From Candidatus Omnitrophota bacterium (GTDB lineage: Bacteria; Omnitrophota; Gorgyraeia; Zapsychrales; Fredricksoniimonadaceae), in contig CAIVRE010000023.1 of NCBI GenBank assembly GCA_903908245.1, forward strand, positions 1-55,851: a DNA stretch of 55,851 nt, in the 5' to 3' direction. Under the pieces are notes generated by a model. That model worked only from the letters and a program-made list of their open reading frames with translations, made no database searches and was not told where the DNA came from. Positions 53,295 through 55,851 of the stretch are shown piece by piece; position 1 is the stretch's first letter; every line of letters starts with the position of its first letter. A program made the translations under genes and the position numbers.

Positions 53295-54258
53295 CCTGTT
53301 GGCTGTCGCGGACCCGTCGGCGCTTTACGCGCGCGCTGACCAGATCCGCCGGGAGAATGTGGGCGATGCCGTGCATTTGCGCGGGCTTATTGAATTTTCG
53401 AATATCTGCGGGCGGGACTGCCTGTATTGCGGTTTGCGCCGCAGCAACCGGAAGGTGGATCGTTACTGCATGGGGATCGATGAGATCTGTGCAGCCGCCT
53501 GTAATGCGGCCAGCCTGGGGTATAAAAGCGTTGTCCTGCAGTCGGGGGAAAACGAGCGTTATCCGACAGAAAATATATGCAGCCTGGTCCGGCGTATCAA
53601 GCAGGACCTGAAACTGGCCGTTACACTATCGATCGGCGAGAAAACCCGTGAGGAATATGCCGCGTTAAGAGCGGCCGGAGCTGACCGCTATCTCTTGCGT
53701 TTTGAAACATCCTCTGAAATGCTTTTTGGCGGGCTGAAACCGGATTCTTCGTATGAACAGCGGATGCGCTGTTTGGCCTGGCTGCGTGAACTGGGGTTCC
53801 AGGTCGGCTCCGGGATCATGGTCGGTCTTCCAGGACAGACCATAGAGATGATCGCGGATGATATCCTATTAATGGAGAAGCTTGATCTTGATATGATCGG
53901 CATCGGGCCGTTCATTCCCAATCCCCAAACGCCTTTGGAAGGTGCGGTTGGGGGAACCCTTGACCTGACGTTAAGGACGCTGGCCGTTATCCGTATTGTG
54001 ACAAAGAATGCGCATTTGCCCGCGACAACGGCGATGGGGTCGATCGACCCGATCGGCCGCCAGAAAGCTCTTCAATGCGGGGCTAATGTCCTGATGCCCA
54101 ATGTTACTCCCACTCAATACCGTTCCAGTTATCAGCTTTATCCGGGCAAGATATGTATTGAGGATAAGCCCGGAGACTGTTTTCTCTGCGTTTCCGGTAT
54201 GCTCAAGATGCTTGGACGGACCATTGCCCGTGACCCCGGCCATAGTTTAAAGTTGTAA
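53272..54258 (+). CDS. hydE: [FeFe]-hydrogenase maturation radical SAM HydE
   Basis: LRGLIEFSNICGRDCLYC, VLQSGE, RYLLRFET, GIGPFIP, PATTA, GANVLMPN, YQLYPGK. Confidence 0.93.
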   Translation: MTRAEILDLLAVADPSALYARADQIRRENVGDAVHLRGLIEFSNICGRDCLYCGLRRSNRKVDRYCMGIDEICAAACNAASLGYKSVVLQSGENERYPTENICSLVRRIKQDLKLAVTLSIGEKTREEYAALRAAGADRYLLRFETSSEMLFGGLKPDSSYEQRMRCLAWLRELGFQVGSGIMVGLPGQTIEMIADDILLMEKLDLDMIGIGPFIPNPQTPLEGAVGGTLDLTLRTLAVIRIVTKNAHLPATTAMGSIDPIGRQKALQCGANVLMPNVTPTQYRSSYQLYPGKICIEDKPGDCFLCVSGMLKMLGRTIARDPGHSLKL

Positions 54259-54287
54259 GTTTTTATGGGGTATTTTGACTAAATTCC

Positions 54288-54818
54288 ATGAGATCTTTAT
54301 ACATTACTTTTTGTGTGATCTTGTTTATGCTTCTTTCCGGAGGATTTCTTATGGCAGATGATCAAAAAGGGGTTGTTGCCAATACGCTTTGTCCTTTGCC
54401 GAAATTCTCCCATGGAGCTCCAAAGACGGAAGATCAATGGAAAAAGGTCTTAACGCCTGAAGAATATAAGGTTTTGCGTGAAAAAGGCACGGAAGCGCCT
54501 TTTAGCGGTGTTTATCAGGACAATCATGAAGTTGGTGTATATCACTGCGCTGCATGTGGTTCCGTATTGTTTAAGTCAAAAGATAAATTTGACTCCGGTA
54601 CTGGTTGGCCCAGTTTTGTACGCCCTGCGCCAGATAATAATGTTGGTTTTCGTGAAGATAACAGCCTTGGGGTGAAGCGTACCGAGGTTTATTGCAAGAT
54701 TTGCGGGGGGCATCTTGGTCATGTGTTTGATGATGGGCCACAGCCTACAGGTAAGCGTTTTTGCATTAATTCCGCCGCTCTTCACTTTAAAGCTGAGGCG
54801 AAAGGGCAATATCCGTGA
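54288..54818 (+). CDS. msrB: Peptide methionine sulfoxide reductase B, with predicted signal peptide
   Basis: [36 protein letters not shown]; two CxxC Zn motifs; hydrophobic leader. Confidence 0.94.
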   Translation: MRSLYITFCVILFMLLSGGFLMADDQKGVVANTLCPLPKFSHGAPKTEDQWKKVLTPEEYKVLREKGTEAPFSGVYQDNHEVGVYHCAACGSVLFKSKDKFDSGTGWPSFVRPAPDNNVGFREDNSLGVKRTEVYCKICGGHLGHVFDDGPQPTGKRFCINSAALHFKAEAKGQYP

Positions 54819-54866
54819 CGATGGGTGATGTTTGTGGTCTTTTTCTAACATATTTCACTGAAGGAC

Positions 54867-54894
54867 TTGACAAAACAAAAGTGGATGTTACACT
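54867..54894 (+). promoter_or_regulatory. Putative sigma70 promoter
   Basis: TTGACA - 16 bp - TACACT with TGn extension, in the AT-rich region upstream of 55024. Confidence 0.45.
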
Positions 54895-55023
54895 TGTTCT
54901 ATCCAAAGTGATGTTCTACAAGAAACAAACAAGTATAGTTTTCTCTCGTTTAGCTGGATTCTTTTATTTTTCTACTTTCTAAAAAAATAAAAATCTAAAC
55001 TGAACAAACAAAAAGGAGTAGTT

Positions 55024-55638
55024 ATGAAAAAATCAACGAGTTTTATTTTGGCAGGGTTGTTCTTCTTAACAACGACAGGAGTGCTTTGGGCGGCAACAGT
55101 ATTCACGCTTACAGCGGTGGTTCCGGCCGCGACAGGTGTTAGTATCTCTGTTGCTTCTGTGGTTGAAAATCCGACGACGCATGCGATCATCTCGTCTACT
55201 CCTGTTACAGGGACGGCGCTGACGTACAGCACGATGACCTTTGATGCGACGAACAAGATCTGGACACCTCCGAATTACTTCGCGATCGATATTGCGAATA
55301 TCGGCGCCGGCAGTCCGCATGTTACCGTTGCCTATGCTGAGGGTTCGAAGCCGACAAGTCAGGTTCAGGGTCTTGGCAACAGAGCGACGGTCACCTATAA
55401 AAAGGTTGTTTGGGTAGATGCGACTCACAATACTGAAACGGATATTAGTGGTCATCCGAAAGAGGCTCTTATTGCCGCGAATGATGATTTTCTGCCTGCG
55501 TTGACGCAGGGCGGTTGGTTCAAGATGTATGTGGGCGTCGCTACTGATGCTACGGTCACCAACGCTTCTCCGTTCACCAATGCGGATCTGCCTGGTACAT
55601 ACACGGGAACATTGACGGTAACTACGTCCCTTACGTAA
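55024..55638 (+). CDS. Secreted Thr/Val-rich beta-strand protein (pilin/WxL-like surface subunit candidate)
   Basis: AAGGAG SD; signal peptide ending LWA; C-terminal PGTYTGTLTVT strand. Confidence 0.7.
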   Translation: MKKSTSFILAGLFFLTTTGVLWAATVFTLTAVVPAATGVSISVASVVENPTTHAIISSTPVTGTALTYSTMTFDATNKIWTPPNYFAIDIANIGAGSPHVTVAYAEGSKPTSQVQGLGNRATVTYKKVVWVDATHNTETDISGHPKEALIAANDDFLPALTQGGWFKMYVGVATDATVTNASPFTNADLPGTYTGTLTVTTSLT

Positions 55639-55643
55639 TTCAT

Positions 55644-55688
55644 AAAGCTCCACGATCATATTCATTATGGTCGTGGAGCTTTTCTTTT
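55644..55688 (+). terminator. Intrinsic terminator
   Basis: AAAGCTCCACGATCATA / TATGGTCGTGGAGCTTT followed by a T-rich tract. Confidence 0.8.
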
Positions 55689-55726
55689 AAAAATCTAAGC
55701 TGATTAAACAAGAAAAAGAGGTGTTT

Positions 55727-55851
55727 GTGAAGAAATCAACGAGTTTTATTTTGGCAGGGTTGTTCTTCTTAACAACGACAGGAGTGCTTTGGGCGGCAAC
55801 AGTATTCACGCTTACAGCGGTGGTTCCGGCCGCGACAGGTGTTAGTATCTC
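55727..55851 (+). CDS. Tandem paralogue of 55024..55638, 3'-truncated by the window
   Basis: GTG start after GAGG; 55733-55851 is identical to 55030-55148 (119 bp). Confidence 0.8.
   Translation, partial: MKKSTSFILAGLFFLTTTGVLWAATVFTLTAVVPAATGVSI

Overview
Bacterial chromosomal segment, almost all on the + strand. The gene content and protein families suggest an anaerobe, possibly Ca. Omnitrophota (inference only, not verifiable here). Recognisable blocks: a csoR-cusCBA copper/silver efflux operon with operator; pckA plus a second divergent PEPCK-like gene; exported msrA and msrB; a speD/membrane-fused speE cluster; amrS with an FMN/4Fe-4S membrane protein; and a tetrameric group-A3-type [FeFe]-hydrogenase (hydCDBA) followed by its maturation operon (TM1266-like, aspA, hydF, hydG, hydE). 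The most striking content is four dispersed paralogues of a large modular protein (1-2370 partial, 16777-21027, 21114-25760, 30792-34214). The three complete copies share a signal peptide and a conserved ~340-aa N-terminal domain ending in PRKYFSGG; all four share a ~55-65-aa C-terminal GGID...PVI domain. Between these ends sit unrelated cargo domains: a CheR-like methyltransferase, two kinases, glutamate dehydrogenase, a circularly permuted alanine dehydrogenase, a GT9-like glycosyltransferase and duplicated TM/helical modules. Short D-x-A-M-like linkers separate most cargoes. This looks like an uncharacterised polymorphic secreted-cargo/effector system. A 25-bp GTAG REP-like family is dispersed through the window and sits in frame inside two of these genes. 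I saw no CRISPR array, rRNA, tRNA or transposase. All assignments come from reading motifs by eye; no searches were run.
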